Assembly: GCA_963841565.1 (NCBI GenBank)
Contig: CAWJCY010000003.1
Coordinates: forward strand, 64,001-128,000
Direction: 5' to 3'
Origin: an uncultured Nitrososphaerales archaeon
Lineage (GTDB): Archaea > Thermoproteota > Nitrososphaeria > Nitrososphaerales > Nitrososphaeraceae
DNA length: 64,000 nt
The position numbers and the translations under genes are program-made. The notes under the pieces are model-generated. The model searched no databases. It saw nothing but the letters and a program-made list of their open reading frames with translations, and had not been told where the DNA came from. Position 1 is the stretch's first letter. Each line of letters opens with the position of its first letter. Shown one piece after another: positions 48,561-58,433 of this stretch.

Positions 48561-49487
48561 GTGGATCTGGAAATTGAAAGTAATATGTTGAATCTGGAGA
48601 TTGCTGGCATCTCTCTGAGGAATCCGGCCATTCTTGCATCAGGATTTCTTGGGATATCTCAAGCTATCTTTGAGCGAATTTTTGATGAGGGAGCTGGAGC
48701 GGTTGTTAGCAAATCTATTAGTAGATATCCTATGGAGGGCTATAGAAATCCCACTGTCGTAGTACTTGAGAACAAGAGTTACATCAACGCGGTAGGGCTA
48801 TCAAATCCGGGACACGAGTCATTTTATGAGGAAATTAGGACAAATGACAAGGTTCCTCTATTGGTGAGCTTGGTAGGATCAGATCCATCAGATTTTGAAG
48901 TCATGACAAGAAAGCTTGATAAGTCAAGAATTATTGGATTTGAAATAAACCTATCATGTCCTCACGTTCAGAAACTAGGGATGGAAGTGGGCGACGATCC
49001 GCAAATGGTGAAATCGATAGTGAAAACAACCAAATCCAATACTACCAAGCCAGTTTTCGTGAAGGTAGGCGTTGGAAGTGCTAACCTACTTGATATCTCT
49101 GAAGCTGCTATCAATGCAGGTGCCGATGGAATCACAGCGATCAATACAATTAGAGCTATGAAAATTAGCATTGATAATTTCAATCCTATTCTAAGCAACA
49201 AGATTGGAGGGTTGTCAGGGACCTCAATTAAGCCAATCGCTATCAGATGTGTTTATGAACTCTCAAAGAAATTTGGTGTGCCTATAATTGGATGTGGCGG
49301 GGTATCTGATTGGGAAGATGCAGTAGAATTCATGATCGCGGGTGCGACATCGTTTCAGTTGGGAACAGCTATAGGCTTTGATGGTATGAGTGTCTTTAAT
49401 TCCATAAATAGTGGGATACTCAAATACCTAGAGAAGAAAGGTTATCAGAGTGTGAAGGAACTAATTGGCAGATCACACAAATACTAA
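48561..49487 (+). CDS. pyrD: Dihydroorotate dehydrogenase catalytic subunit (family 1B)
   Basis: LASG, NAVGLSNPG, EINLSCPH, AINT, GGLSG, GCGG. Confidence 0.96.
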   Translation: MDLEIESNMLNLEIAGISLRNPAILASGFLGISQAIFERIFDEGAGAVVSKSISRYPMEGYRNPTVVVLENKSYINAVGLSNPGHESFYEEIRTNDKVPLLVSLVGSDPSDFEVMTRKLDKSRIIGFEINLSCPHVQKLGMEVGDDPQMVKSIVKTTKSNTTKPVFVKVGVGSANLLDISEAAINAGADGITAINTIRAMKISIDNFNPILSNKIGGLSGTSIKPIAIRCVYELSKKFGVPIIGCGGVSDWEDAVEFMIAGATSFQLGTAIGFDGMSVFNSINSGILKYLEKKGYQSVKELIGRSHKY

Positions 49488-50319
49488 CATACTAAGGTTT
49501 GTCCGAATAAAAAAGGTAATTGAAGAGACGCCAACTATACGGACTATCGTATTTGAGGATGAGTACAGTATTGCTTCGATGCGTGGACAATTCTTAATGG
49601 TTTGGATCCCGCAAATCGAAGAGCTACCAATGAGCGTAGGGATCGAAAGCGTTGAAGGTCGTAAATTTGCGGGCGTTACTGTCCGAAAATACGGCCTTGG
49701 ATCAACAGCACTTTACCACAAACAAGAGGGGGAATATATTGGTATAAGAGGACCATACGGAAATTACTTTTCAATTCCCGAGAATCTTACGAATGCTCTG
49801 CTAATTGGAGGAGGTACTGGATTAGTGCCACTTGTGAGGTTGTTCAGTGATCTTCTACATGAACGGATCCAAACTTCACTAATAATTGGAGCGAAAACTC
49901 GGGTTGAAGTACTATTTGAGCACAGGGTCCAAAAGTTACTAGCCGACAATAATCTTAATGATAATAATGTTGCCTTTTCAACTGACGACGGAACTTATGG
50001 ATCTAAAGGGTCGACGGTGGACTTGGCGGAGTCAATTCTCGTTTCCAAAAGATTTGAGATAATGTATACATGCGGACCTGAACTAATGATGAAGGGAGTT
50101 CAGAAGTTGGGAGAAAGATTTTCTATTCCAGTTGAGGCTAGTATCGAGAGGTACATGAAATGTGCAATCGGGATTTGTGGAAGTTGCTGTATTAACGACA
50201 AACTAGTATGTCAGGATGGAACAATATTCGATTCGAATAGCCTGAGGAAACTTACAGAATTTGGTGTCAGCTACAGGGACAAGACTGGACGATCCTCCTA
50301 CTTCACCTCTCAGATTTGA
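49465..50319 (+). CDS. pyrK: Dihydroorotate dehydrogenase electron transfer subunit
   Basis: GQFLMVW, RGPYG, GGGTG, CGPELMM, MKCAIGICGSC...CQDG. Confidence 0.95.
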   Translation: MADHTNTNILRFVRIKKVIEETPTIRTIVFEDEYSIASMRGQFLMVWIPQIEELPMSVGIESVEGRKFAGVTVRKYGLGSTALYHKQEGEYIGIRGPYGNYFSIPENLTNALLIGGGTGLVPLVRLFSDLLHERIQTSLIIGAKTRVEVLFEHRVQKLLADNNLNDNNVAFSTDDGTYGSKGSTVDLAESILVSKRFEIMYTCGPELMMKGVQKLGERFSIPVEASIERYMKCAIGICGSCCINDKLVCQDGTIFDSNSLRKLTEFGVSYRDKTGRSSYFTSQI

Positions 50320-50582
50320 TGGGAAATTGAAACACAAGAACCCGTTTAATTATGCTAATTAAATAAAGTCGACATAGGTATTCACATTGGCCCAGAGATA
50401 AGTGGAATACCTCTAAACAATTCACCGCTGGATAGTTAAGACTTAAGTTGCTGGTCACACTATTTGTTTGGAAAAGAACTTACAATTGACAGCTGAATGG
50501 GTGATAGCAAGAGTAAAAAAGATGAACTATAGGTCAGGCTGTACTTGGAATACTCGGATAATGACCTTCCGCTGGTTTAGCC

Positions 50583-50894
50583 TCAACCATATCTACGCCT
50601 TTTATTCCTAAAAGATCGTTTTTTCTTGCCAGTCTTGGGTGGAACACTCTTCTGAAATGAAAATCTAAACATTTTACTCCCACTGGTTCTCTTAATCTGA
50701 ACATTATCCAGAAGTACTGAAGCGTATGGTGCATCGACTGGACCAATGAGTTCAGTCACTCTTCCAACTTTTTTACCTGCATTATCGAATAGGTTTTCGC
50801 CAGATTTCAAAACAATACCAGTTCCGATCTTCAATATTAATCGACCGCTCTTAGCAACATGAATTACCTCTCCAGCTTCAATTATTGAGGACAT
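50583..50894 (-). CDS. gar1: H/ACA RNP subunit Gar1/Naf1
   Basis: HVAKSGRLI...VGRVTELIGPVDAPYASV; basic C-terminal tail. Confidence 0.85.
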   Translation of the reverse strand: MSSIIEAGEVIHVAKSGRLILKIGTGIVLKSGENLFDNAGKKVGRVTELIGPVDAPYASVLLDNVQIKRTSGSKMFRFSFQKSVPPKTGKKKRSFRNKRRRYG

Positions 50895-50976
50895 CCCTTA
50901 GGTATGTTCCGCATACATTTTTTCAGAGACTTCGGTAACCATAGTCACAATATCCTTAGGTATTCGGACACATAAG

Positions 50977-51294
50977 TTATCGTCTCTTTGATAATTTGGC
51001 TCGATTTTGCACTATCTTTTCTGCTAAAGCATTTAGAATATTGGACTTCTTCGAATTTTCAATTTTTTCCAACATTACGTATCCCGATCTTACATACGGC
51101 CTCCTCGGGAACCTCGCAGATTCGTTGGTGTTGTCATTGCTTACTGCAAAACCTGCAGATTTGGAAGCATCAACTAATTCCTGAATTGAAGGGTCAAAGA
51201 TGGCCACATCCTTTGATACTTTCCTTCCCTTCCTTCGAGATAAATTACGGTTAAAATAATCGGTCCATACTATAACATGATCGTAGTCTTTCAC
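50977..51294 (-). CDS. srp19: Signal recognition particle protein SRP19
   Basis: VIVWTDYFN..LSRRKGRKV, FPRRP, KSNIL; likely GTG start at 51294. Confidence 0.9.
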   Translation of the reverse strand: MKDYDHVIVWTDYFNRNLSRRKGRKVSKDVAIFDPSIQELVDASKSAGFAVSNDNTNESARFPRRPYVRSGYVMLEKIENSKKSNILNALAEKIVQNRAKLSKRR

Positions 51295-51474
51295 AATAAA
51301 CTCCCTTTCTCTTGATAGACAATAGAACAATATTTAAACTGAAATGATGGTGCGCAATTATTTGGTTTGACACAGTTGATGCTCCCAGAGGAGGACGTCT
51401 GTAAGCACATATCTATTCGGCATAATAGTATATCATAACTATTTAATAGATCTTGGCATTTCTGTCTACACTTA

Positions 51475-52755
51475 TTGAATCAAAAGAGCAAAAGCGTCCT
51501 AATAATCGGTGGTGGAGGAAGGGAACATGCCTTAGGCTGGAAAATTTCTCAGAGTAACCTTGTCAAAAGTGTTTATTATGCTCCTGGAAATGCCGGTACT
51601 ATAAACAATGTCCCGATTCAACCCAATGACTTCGAGAAGTTAGTCGCATTTGCACAAAGTAAGAATTGCTTTACCTTAGTAGGACCAGAAGCACCTATAT
51701 CTTTAGGGATTGTAGACTACTTTTCGGCTCGAGATTTAGGGATTTTTGGTCCCTCGTCAAGAGCCGCCAAGATAGAAACAAGCAAGTCATTTGCGAAGGG
51801 ACTATTGCAGTCAAGCGGTATTCCAACACCGCGATTTGCAACATTTACGGACCACCAGGAGGCAATAGACTACGTGCTAAAGCAATCCGAAGCCTTAGTT
51901 ATAAAGGCTGACGGTTTGGCAGCAGGGAAAGGAGTGATTGTATGCGAAAGTCAGGAAGAGGCGATCAATGCAATCGAAGCGATGATGGTAAAGAGAATTT
52001 TTGGGGAAGCTGGTGACCAAATTGTGATCGAGGAAAGAATTAGGGGACAAGAGGTTTCCCTTATCGTTCTTTCAGACGGAACTAACATCAAGGCATTTCC
52101 TACATGTAGAGACTACAAGAATATTGCCGACGGGAACGTTGGTCCCAATACCGGAGGAATGGGCAGCTTTTCCCCGGTTCCTTACGTTAGTCAAGAGACA
52201 CAGCGACGAATCATTGATGATATCCTAGAGCGGACCGTCTCGATTATGAAATCTAATTCGCTGCCGTTTGCTGGCTTCCTCTACGCCGGATTAATGATTG
52301 ATAAGAAAGGTAAAGCAAGCGTATTGGAGTTCAATGCGAGGATGGGTGATCCAGAATGCCAATCCTTGATGGTGAGGATGAACTCTGACCTATTTGAGTA
52401 TCTTTCGTTTGCAGAGGCTGGAAAATTAGACGAGCTTCCACCTCTGCAATGGAAGGACCTGACTTCAATCTGTGTAGTGATGGCTGCAAAGGGATACCCA
52501 TCGAAGTTCCAAAAAGGTGAAATTATACACGGTTTGAGAAATGCATATCCAAAAGATACCAGCATATTTCATTCTGGAACTACTCAAGATGCGTCAGGAC
52601 ATATATTGACTAATGGCGGGAGGGTGCTTTGCATAACATCGCTTGCGTCTAATTTGAGAGAAGCAAGGCAACGGGTCTATGAGGTTGCTAAACAAATTAC
52701 TTGGGGTAAAAATGGTCAATACTTTAGAAAAGATATTGGAATGTATTCAATCTAG
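51475..52755 (+). CDS. purD: Phosphoribosylamine--glycine ligase
   Basis: GGGGREHAL, VGPEAP, KADGLAAGKGV, GPNTGGMG, EFNARMGDPECQ, GGRVL. Confidence 0.98.
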   Translation: MNQKSKSVLIIGGGGREHALGWKISQSNLVKSVYYAPGNAGTINNVPIQPNDFEKLVAFAQSKNCFTLVGPEAPISLGIVDYFSARDLGIFGPSSRAAKIETSKSFAKGLLQSSGIPTPRFATFTDHQEAIDYVLKQSEALVIKADGLAAGKGVIVCESQEEAINAIEAMMVKRIFGEAGDQIVIEERIRGQEVSLIVLSDGTNIKAFPTCRDYKNIADGNVGPNTGGMGSFSPVPYVSQETQRRIIDDILERTVSIMKSNSLPFAGFLYAGLMIDKKGKASVLEFNARMGDPECQSLMVRMNSDLFEYLSFAEAGKLDELPPLQWKDLTSICVVMAAKGYPSKFQKGEIIHGLRNAYPKDTSIFHSGTTQDASGHILTNGGRVLCITSLASNLREARQRVYEVAKQITWGKNGQYFRKDIGMYSI

Positions 52756-53340
52756 GGCGAACGATCGGAAGCCGGTCTCTGTCACCACATTATCAACCTT
52801 CATGTCATACTTAGAATGGGGCAGAAACCGTGTCTTTATAATTTGAATATCGAATGCTAGCCCAATTACTGTCATCTGTCCTTTATTTCTTAAGAAATTA
52901 TCATAGTATCCCATTCCATGACCTAATCTGTAACCGTGTAAATCAAAAGCGATGCCTGGGACGATCAGAAGATCCATGGTTTTGGAGACATCACATTCCG
53001 TACCGTTTGGCTCTAAAATCCCAAATTTTCCTTTGAGCAGAGAATTAATACGATTTTTATCAATCTTATGAAAGCTCATTGATTCTGAATCCATAACCCG
53101 AGGGACGGCCATAGTTTTCAAGTTTCTAAAGCCTGCCTCAATGATCAGCCGAGTCCTGACCTCTGAGCCATGAGCTAAATACACTCCCAGTACGTTGGAT
53201 TCTTCAAAGAAACTGCTTGTAGTAAATATTTCTTGTATTTGCTTGCTCTTACTGTGGATTTCTTGTTCAGTCAGACCATTTCTCTTGGCTAACATTTCGC
53301 GTCGCAAGATTCTCTTACTATCAGCAATGAAGGAGCTCAA
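52747..53340 (-). CDS. 5-formyltetrahydrofolate cyclo-ligase
   Basis: KRILRREMLAKR, GSEV, FGILEP, VPGIAFD..GYRLGHGMGYYD. Confidence 0.94.
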   Translation of the reverse strand: MSSFIADSKRILRREMLAKRNGLTEQEIHSKSKQIQEIFTTSSFFEESNVLGVYLAHGSEVRTRLIIEAGFRNLKTMAVPRVMDSESMSFHKIDKNRINSLLKGKFGILEPNGTECDVSKTMDLLIVPGIAFDLHGYRLGHGMGYYDNFLRNKGQMTVIGLAFDIQIIKTRFLPHSKYDMKVDNVVTETGFRSFALD

Positions 53341-53484
53341 TATGCACCTAACCCTCTAATCAGTACGGAACACCTTTTTATTGTACTTTTAACTCACAAA
53401 CATCTTTTGTGATGAATACTGTCAAGAAAATCTTCATGCTACCCAGTACACCTAAAATCTCCCTGGATATTCTCTAAATCGATC

Positions 53485-54105
53485 TCAATTGTTGATCTGT
53501 ACGTTCCTTCCCAAAATCTTGACCCTATTTTCAGAAACCATCTTAACTGCCATTGGATAGATGACATGTTCATCCTTCAAAATACGATCCGACAAGGTCT
53601 TTTCGGTGTCATATGAGAAAACAGGGGCACTCTTTTGGATGATAATCGGACCGGTGTCTAAACCTTCGTCGACAAAATGAACAGTGCAACCGCTTATTTT
53701 AACTCCGTATTCTACGGCTTGGCGTTGAGCATGTAACCCTGGAAAGGAGGGGAGTAATGAAGGATGGATGTTTAGTATTCTATTTTTGAAGATATGGACG
53801 AATTCGGGGCTCAATAATCTCATAAAACCTGCCAAACAAACCAGGCCATTTGTTGGAGATATCTCGTATTTTTGAAGCAGCGTCATTAAATTTTTGTCGT
53901 ACTTCCATCCTTTGAGCTCGTTATTGTCTAGAATTTCTGTAGACACGCCAAAGTTTTCCCTAGCGACAGCAAGGCCACGTGCTTCTGGCAAATTTGAAAG
54001 AACCAAAGCAGGTTGGGCTTGCGGTAATTGCCCCTGCCTAATTGCAGTTAGGATCGCATTCATATTACTTCCTCGACCAGATATTAAAATGGCCAGTTTC
54101 ATCAA
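53485..54105 (-). CDS. purN: Phosphoribosylglycinamide formyltransferase
   Basis: ISGRGSN, LAGFMRLL, NIHPSLLP.FPG, GCTVHFVDEGLDTGPII. Confidence 0.97.
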   Translation of the reverse strand: MMKLAILISGRGSNMNAILTAIRQGQLPQAQPALVLSNLPEARGLAVARENFGVSTEILDNNELKGWKYDKNLMTLLQKYEISPTNGLVCLAGFMRLLSPEFVHIFKNRILNIHPSLLPSFPGLHAQRQAVEYGVKISGCTVHFVDEGLDTGPIIIQKSAPVFSYDTEKTLSDRILKDEHVIYPMAVKMVSENRVKILGRNVQINN

Positions 54106-54191
54106 TTAGTTCATAACAAGTTGCCTGTCAGCTAATATTTATCTGAATCGTGGTAAAGTTAAGCTCAGCTTAGGTAGGACGTGGCGCATGC

Positions 54192-55313
54192 GTGCAACCA
54201 TCAACATTAAAATACTTCGGCGAAGAATGGGTCAAGGCCTGTAGATTGAGAATCCAAGTTGCAATTAATGAAGGAGTCTTGGCAGTTCAAGTTGGCAGTA
54301 AATCCATCTCTTTGGATCCTAAACGGCAATATAATTCTGATTTTACATTTGTTTCACACGCACACATGGATCACCTTGCATTGCGTAGAAAGAAAAGTAA
54401 CTGTTCGAGGAAGATATTGGCTTCACAAGCTACTGCTGTAATAGCTAAATCCAGAGGGCATGATTTGGAAACACCAGTAGAGACTCCTGAGGAATACAAT
54501 CTTGTAGATACGGGGCATATTCTAGGTTCCAGAGGTTTTCTGATCCCTGATGAATTTTTTTATACTGGAGACATATCTATACGGGAACGGGCATTCCTAA
54601 AGGGTATAAGACCTCCAAAAGCTAAGAATTTAATCTTGGAATCTACTTTTGCTAGGCCGGAGTATGTTTTTCCTTCATTGGACCAGTGCATTCACGAGAC
54701 CAATGAGCTGATATCGAAAATGTACAATCGGGGCATTCCACTGATTCTAATGGGCTATCCATTGGGAAAGGCTCAACTCCTCACCGAATTTTTCAGGCAT
54801 TGGGATCCGCTGATCGTCCATGAATCAGTGCACGAAATGAACTCTGTCTATAGGCAATTGGGGATACCGTTGAAAGAAGGTATGACCTTTTCACAGGCAA
54901 GGGAAAGAGGAATGATTCAACGCGGCGTACCATGGATAATGATATCTCCTTTCATGAGCAAGGGAGCAGAGCTTATTAGAACTTTGAAATCATGTTGCAA
55001 TGCTGTCACAGTCGGCTTTACAGGCTGGGCAACAAGGGCAAGATTTAGACAGGTAATGGGCTTGGATTATGCGATCCCAATAAGCGACCACTGCGATTTT
55101 GCTGAGTTACTTGAAATCGTGAGGTACTGTAATCCTGAAAAAGTGTATACGATGCACGGATTTGCAGATTATTTTGCCATGACACTGCGGACCATGGGCT
55201 ATGAGGCAAAGGCTCTCATGGGGCAGAACAAACGAAAGAGTGAAGGTACCAAACAAATAAGGAAGATACCTCTCTCAAAAAATCAAAGTCTGATTGACTC
55301 TTACTTTGGCTAA
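54192..55313 (+). CDS. Metallo-beta-lactamase/beta-CASP fold nuclease
   Basis: SHAHMDH, GHILGS, YTGD, ESTF, GKAQ, SDHCDF, HG; start uncertain. Confidence 0.88.
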   Translation: MQPSTLKYFGEEWVKACRLRIQVAINEGVLAVQVGSKSISLDPKRQYNSDFTFVSHAHMDHLALRRKKSNCSRKILASQATAVIAKSRGHDLETPVETPEEYNLVDTGHILGSRGFLIPDEFFYTGDISIRERAFLKGIRPPKAKNLILESTFARPEYVFPSLDQCIHETNELISKMYNRGIPLILMGYPLGKAQLLTEFFRHWDPLIVHESVHEMNSVYRQLGIPLKEGMTFSQARERGMIQRGVPWIMISPFMSKGAELIRTLKSCCNAVTVGFTGWATRARFRQVMGLDYAIPISDHCDFAELLEIVRYCNPEKVYTMHGFADYFAMTLRTMGYEAKALMGQNKRKSEGTKQIRKIPLSKNQSLIDSYFG

Positions 55314-55316
55314 CTC

Positions 55317-56399
55317 TTAGCTATCTTTCCTATTTTTGAAATACGGTATGACCTTGTTTCCAAACGACTCAATATTCTTGAAATACCCATCTCCCCAGAA
55401 GCGTATAATAAAATGGTTAGTTCCGGCTTTAATGAACCTTTCAAGCATTTCTATTACATCATCTGATTTGCCCACTCCAATGGCCGACCTTGCAACACTA
55501 TCAGGAATCTTGAGAGCCGCACGTTTCATCTGCTGCATCAATTCGGGCTTGTTCATAGCGTACTCTGTGAAATACCTTCGAAAGTCGAATTCTGAATCTT
55601 GTTCGATATCGTGGACCTTGAGCAGTTCTGGTTTGTACAAACTAACCTTCACTGCATTCTTCATCTTATTCCATGCTTCTTCGCCATCTTCAGTGAAGTA
55701 TATGTCCACGTCGTTAGCGAACTGAAAATCCTCTAGACTCCTCTCATGTTCCTTCGCCTTTTCTATAATCACCGACGCGTGATGTTTGAAAAGTTCAGGC
55801 GTATATCCGATAGGGATCCATCCGTCTCCGTAACGTGCGCACAAATCTAATGTCTTTGGTGCTCCAGCTGCAATGTAAATTGGTGGACGAGGTTTACGAA
55901 CGCTCTTTGTCTGCAGGCAGGCATTTATCAGCTTGTAGTAATTACCATCGTAGTTTACACGATTGTCTGGGTCGGAATTGAACAATTTTTCGATTACCTC
56001 TAGCTGCTCCTTGAATTTTGTCACAGGCTTCTCAAATTCAATTCCGAAGTCTACCACGTTTTGAGCTTCGCCTGCTCCTATTCCCAAAATTGCGCGCCCT
56101 TTTGTAATCCTGTCAAGAGTAATAGTGGATTGTGCAATTGTCGAAGGATGCCTCCTTATAGCATCAGTGACGCAAGTGCCAAGCTCAACATTCTGAGTCA
56201 CTGCCCCTATTGCCGACAACATCAGCCAAGCGTCATTAACGACTGCATTTTTCCACTGAGGAACATTAGAATGATCCATCATCCAAACGGAATCATAGTT
56301 CATTCTGTCTGCCATTTGACAAGCAGTCATTATCTGAGTTTCGTCTAATCCTAGTCTTGCAACGTTCAGTCCTTGAGTAAATCCAAATTTTATCTTCAT
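55317..56399 (-). CDS. Luciferase-like (LLM) F420-dependent oxidoreductase
   Basis: YDSVWMMDH, LGTCVT, RHP, LGIGAGE, YGDGW. Confidence 0.88.
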   Translation of the reverse strand: MKIKFGFTQGLNVARLGLDETQIMTACQMADRMNYDSVWMMDHSNVPQWKNAVVNDAWLMLSAIGAVTQNVELGTCVTDAIRRHPSTIAQSTITLDRITKGRAILGIGAGEAQNVVDFGIEFEKPVTKFKEQLEVIEKLFNSDPDNRVNYDGNYYKLINACLQTKSVRKPRPPIYIAAGAPKTLDLCARYGDGWIPIGYTPELFKHHASVIIEKAKEHERSLEDFQFANDVDIYFTEDGEEAWNKMKNAVKVSLYKPELLKVHDIEQDSEFDFRRYFTEYAMNKPELMQQMKRAALKIPDSVARSAIGVGKSDDVIEMLERFIKAGTNHFIIRFWGDGYFKNIESFGNKVIPYFKNRKDS

Positions 56400-56564
56400 T
56401 TATGACAATAATCCCCCTTCTAATTCAAAATTTTGGATATGCATATCGTTAGTAGATCCACTGAGCACATGTATTTAAAAATATTCAATGCTTTAATCAA
56501 GCAAATCATTCACTTTCAAAATAACCTTTAAATACTAAAAAAGTCGTTTTTTTATATCCTCAAA

Positions 56565-56972
56565 ATGTTGCTGCCTTCAGAAATAGAAGCAAAGTCTCTC
56601 ATCCCCGCTGTTAGAGCTATTTTAGCACAAAAACTAACTGGCGAATATGGGATGAAGGAAGAAGTTGTTGCAAAAGTCCTTGGGGTAACACAAGCAGCAG
56701 TCAGCAATTATGTTCGGGGAACTCGAGGCGACACAGAGTTAATGTCTAAACTTGGCCTAGTGAATCAAATAACTGAAATGATAGATGATATAGCGCGAGA
56801 CTTGGCGTCAAATAAAGCATATACACCTTATACTATGTCTAAATTTATTGAACTCTGCAACTATATTCGCCACTCTTTAATTATTTGTGATATACATCAC
56901 AACATTGAATCCAACATAGACGAAGGAGTCTGTCAACTCTGTAAGGGAAATTTGATGTCAGGTAGGTTCTAG
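56565..56972 (+). CDS. Transcriptional regulator (ThiR N-terminal-like HTH with Cys/His tail)
   Basis: PSEIEAKSLIPAVRA, VAKVLGVTQAAVSNYVRGTRG, ICDIHH...CQLC. Confidence 0.82.
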   Translation: MLLPSEIEAKSLIPAVRAILAQKLTGEYGMKEEVVAKVLGVTQAAVSNYVRGTRGDTELMSKLGLVNQITEMIDDIARDLASNKAYTPYTMSKFIELCNYIRHSLIICDIHHNIESNIDEGVCQLCKGNLMSGRF

Positions 56973-56973
56973 C

Positions 56974-58278
56974 TTATTGATGTGAATTCCTATCATTCTG
57001 CACTCCTCCAAATAATGTCTTTGTAACGAATGGTAGTATTTCAGTTCCTTTCATCGATCCTCTGCTCCCTCGCAAAGATTCTTTTTCTGTAAATCTCTTA
57101 CTCCCGTCTCTTTCGACACCTGCGCCGGTAAATAATACAGGGACGGGATCATCTGTATGTGCCTTTCTTATGCAAGGTGTAGAGTGGTCACCTGAAACAA
57201 TTAGCATTGTTCTTGATACGTCCACATTTTTTAGTAAAGTACCGAAGAAAAGATCGTCTATTTGTTCTATGCTCATTTTCTTTCCATTTGCATCACCATC
57301 ATGACCAAATTCATCCGGGCCTTTGATATGTACATATACAATATCCCATTTCTTAATTTGTTCTATACACTTCCTTGCCTTTTCCTGATACGCGTTAATG
57401 TCGCCACCCGATGTGTAGTGCATCCCTGTGATTCTTGATATTCCAACCTCAACTGGCATATCAACCACAGAACCAAACTCTAAGCCATATCGCTTTGAAA
57501 TTGGTTCAATCGAAGGTAAATGATTTCCCGAATCTCGCAACAAAATCGCATTCATCGGCTTCATTCCCTTAGCTGCGCGACGACTATTCACGGGGTGATC
57601 GGCCAATATCTGGACTACCTGTCTGCTGAATTCATTTATTGCCTGTGCTGAGGCGGCTGCAGAATCTCCTTCCTCCTCCGGTACACAGTCTTGAATCCTC
57701 AGGACTGTGCTATCTCTGGCTATCCCTATTCCATCAATCCGATCATATGCCGGATCTGTGTTCGATACCTTTGACGAGAGCCTCAAGGAAGGATCGCTGA
57801 ATTTAACGATTACTCGATGCCCAATGCTTGGTTGTAAAGTGACGTTGATATTGTGAGTAAACTTCAGACTCTCTTTCAGTGTCCTGCAAACCTCGAGGGC
57901 TTCATCGTGTTCAATAGTCCTACCTGCCCTCCTATCAGTTATATTCCCTAGATCGTCAATAGTCGCAAAGTTTCCCCGTAGTACGAGGTCACCATTCCTA
58001 AAATCTATTCCCATGCCCAATGCTTCTATGATACCACGTCCTGGGTATCCAACATCCTTAAAATCATATCCTAGCATGTTAAAAACTGCAATGTCGGATT
58101 GGGGGGCAATTCCTTTCCCTACGCTGATCACACTTCCTAAACAGCCATTGGAAGTCAACTGGTCTAGATTGGGTGTTCGCGCTGCTTCTAGAGGAGTAAG
58201 TCCTCCAAGCAATGGATGTGGCAAATCACCCACGCCATCTAATAAGACATATATAGCTTTTGAAGAAGCTGGACTCAA
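56974..58278 (-). CDS. apgM: 2,3-bisphosphoglycerate-independent phosphoglycerate mutase (archaeal)
   Basis: LDGVGD, TPLEAA.TPNLD, PQSDIA, DRRAGR, HIKGPDEFGHDG, GDHSTP, HTDDPVP. Confidence 0.95.
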   Translation of the reverse strand: MSPASSKAIYVLLDGVGDLPHPLLGGLTPLEAARTPNLDQLTSNGCLGSVISVGKGIAPQSDIAVFNMLGYDFKDVGYPGRGIIEALGMGIDFRNGDLVLRGNFATIDDLGNITDRRAGRTIEHDEALEVCRTLKESLKFTHNINVTLQPSIGHRVIVKFSDPSLRLSSKVSNTDPAYDRIDGIGIARDSTVLRIQDCVPEEEGDSAAASAQAINEFSRQVVQILADHPVNSRRAAKGMKPMNAILLRDSGNHLPSIEPISKRYGLEFGSVVDMPVEVGISRITGMHYTSGGDINAYQEKARKCIEQIKKWDIVYVHIKGPDEFGHDGDANGKKMSIEQIDDLFFGTLLKNVDVSRTMLIVSGDHSTPCIRKAHTDDPVPVLFTGAGVERDGSKRFTEKESLRGSRGSMKGTEILPFVTKTLFGGVQNDRNSHQ

Positions 58279-58433
58279 TCCTAAAGAACAATATCAAACC
58301 TGATTTATTCTTATTGAGACAAGATCAATGCGGGAAGATATTAAATGCATTAAATACAGCAAAACCGCTTCTTGGATAGGAGCAATTCCTTGACCTACTT
58401 ATTATATCTGCTCCATCGCAATATTCTCTTGAG

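Noticed and set aside
50895-50970. Direct repeat CCTTAGGTAT x2 between srp19 and gar1
   Set aside because: Only two 10-nt copies with no further array; insufficient for CRISPR or a target-site duplication
58279-58433. TPP riboswitch upstream of thiDN (also checked upstream of thi4)
   Set aside because: No CTGAGA or CCTGA core motifs in the expected arrangement
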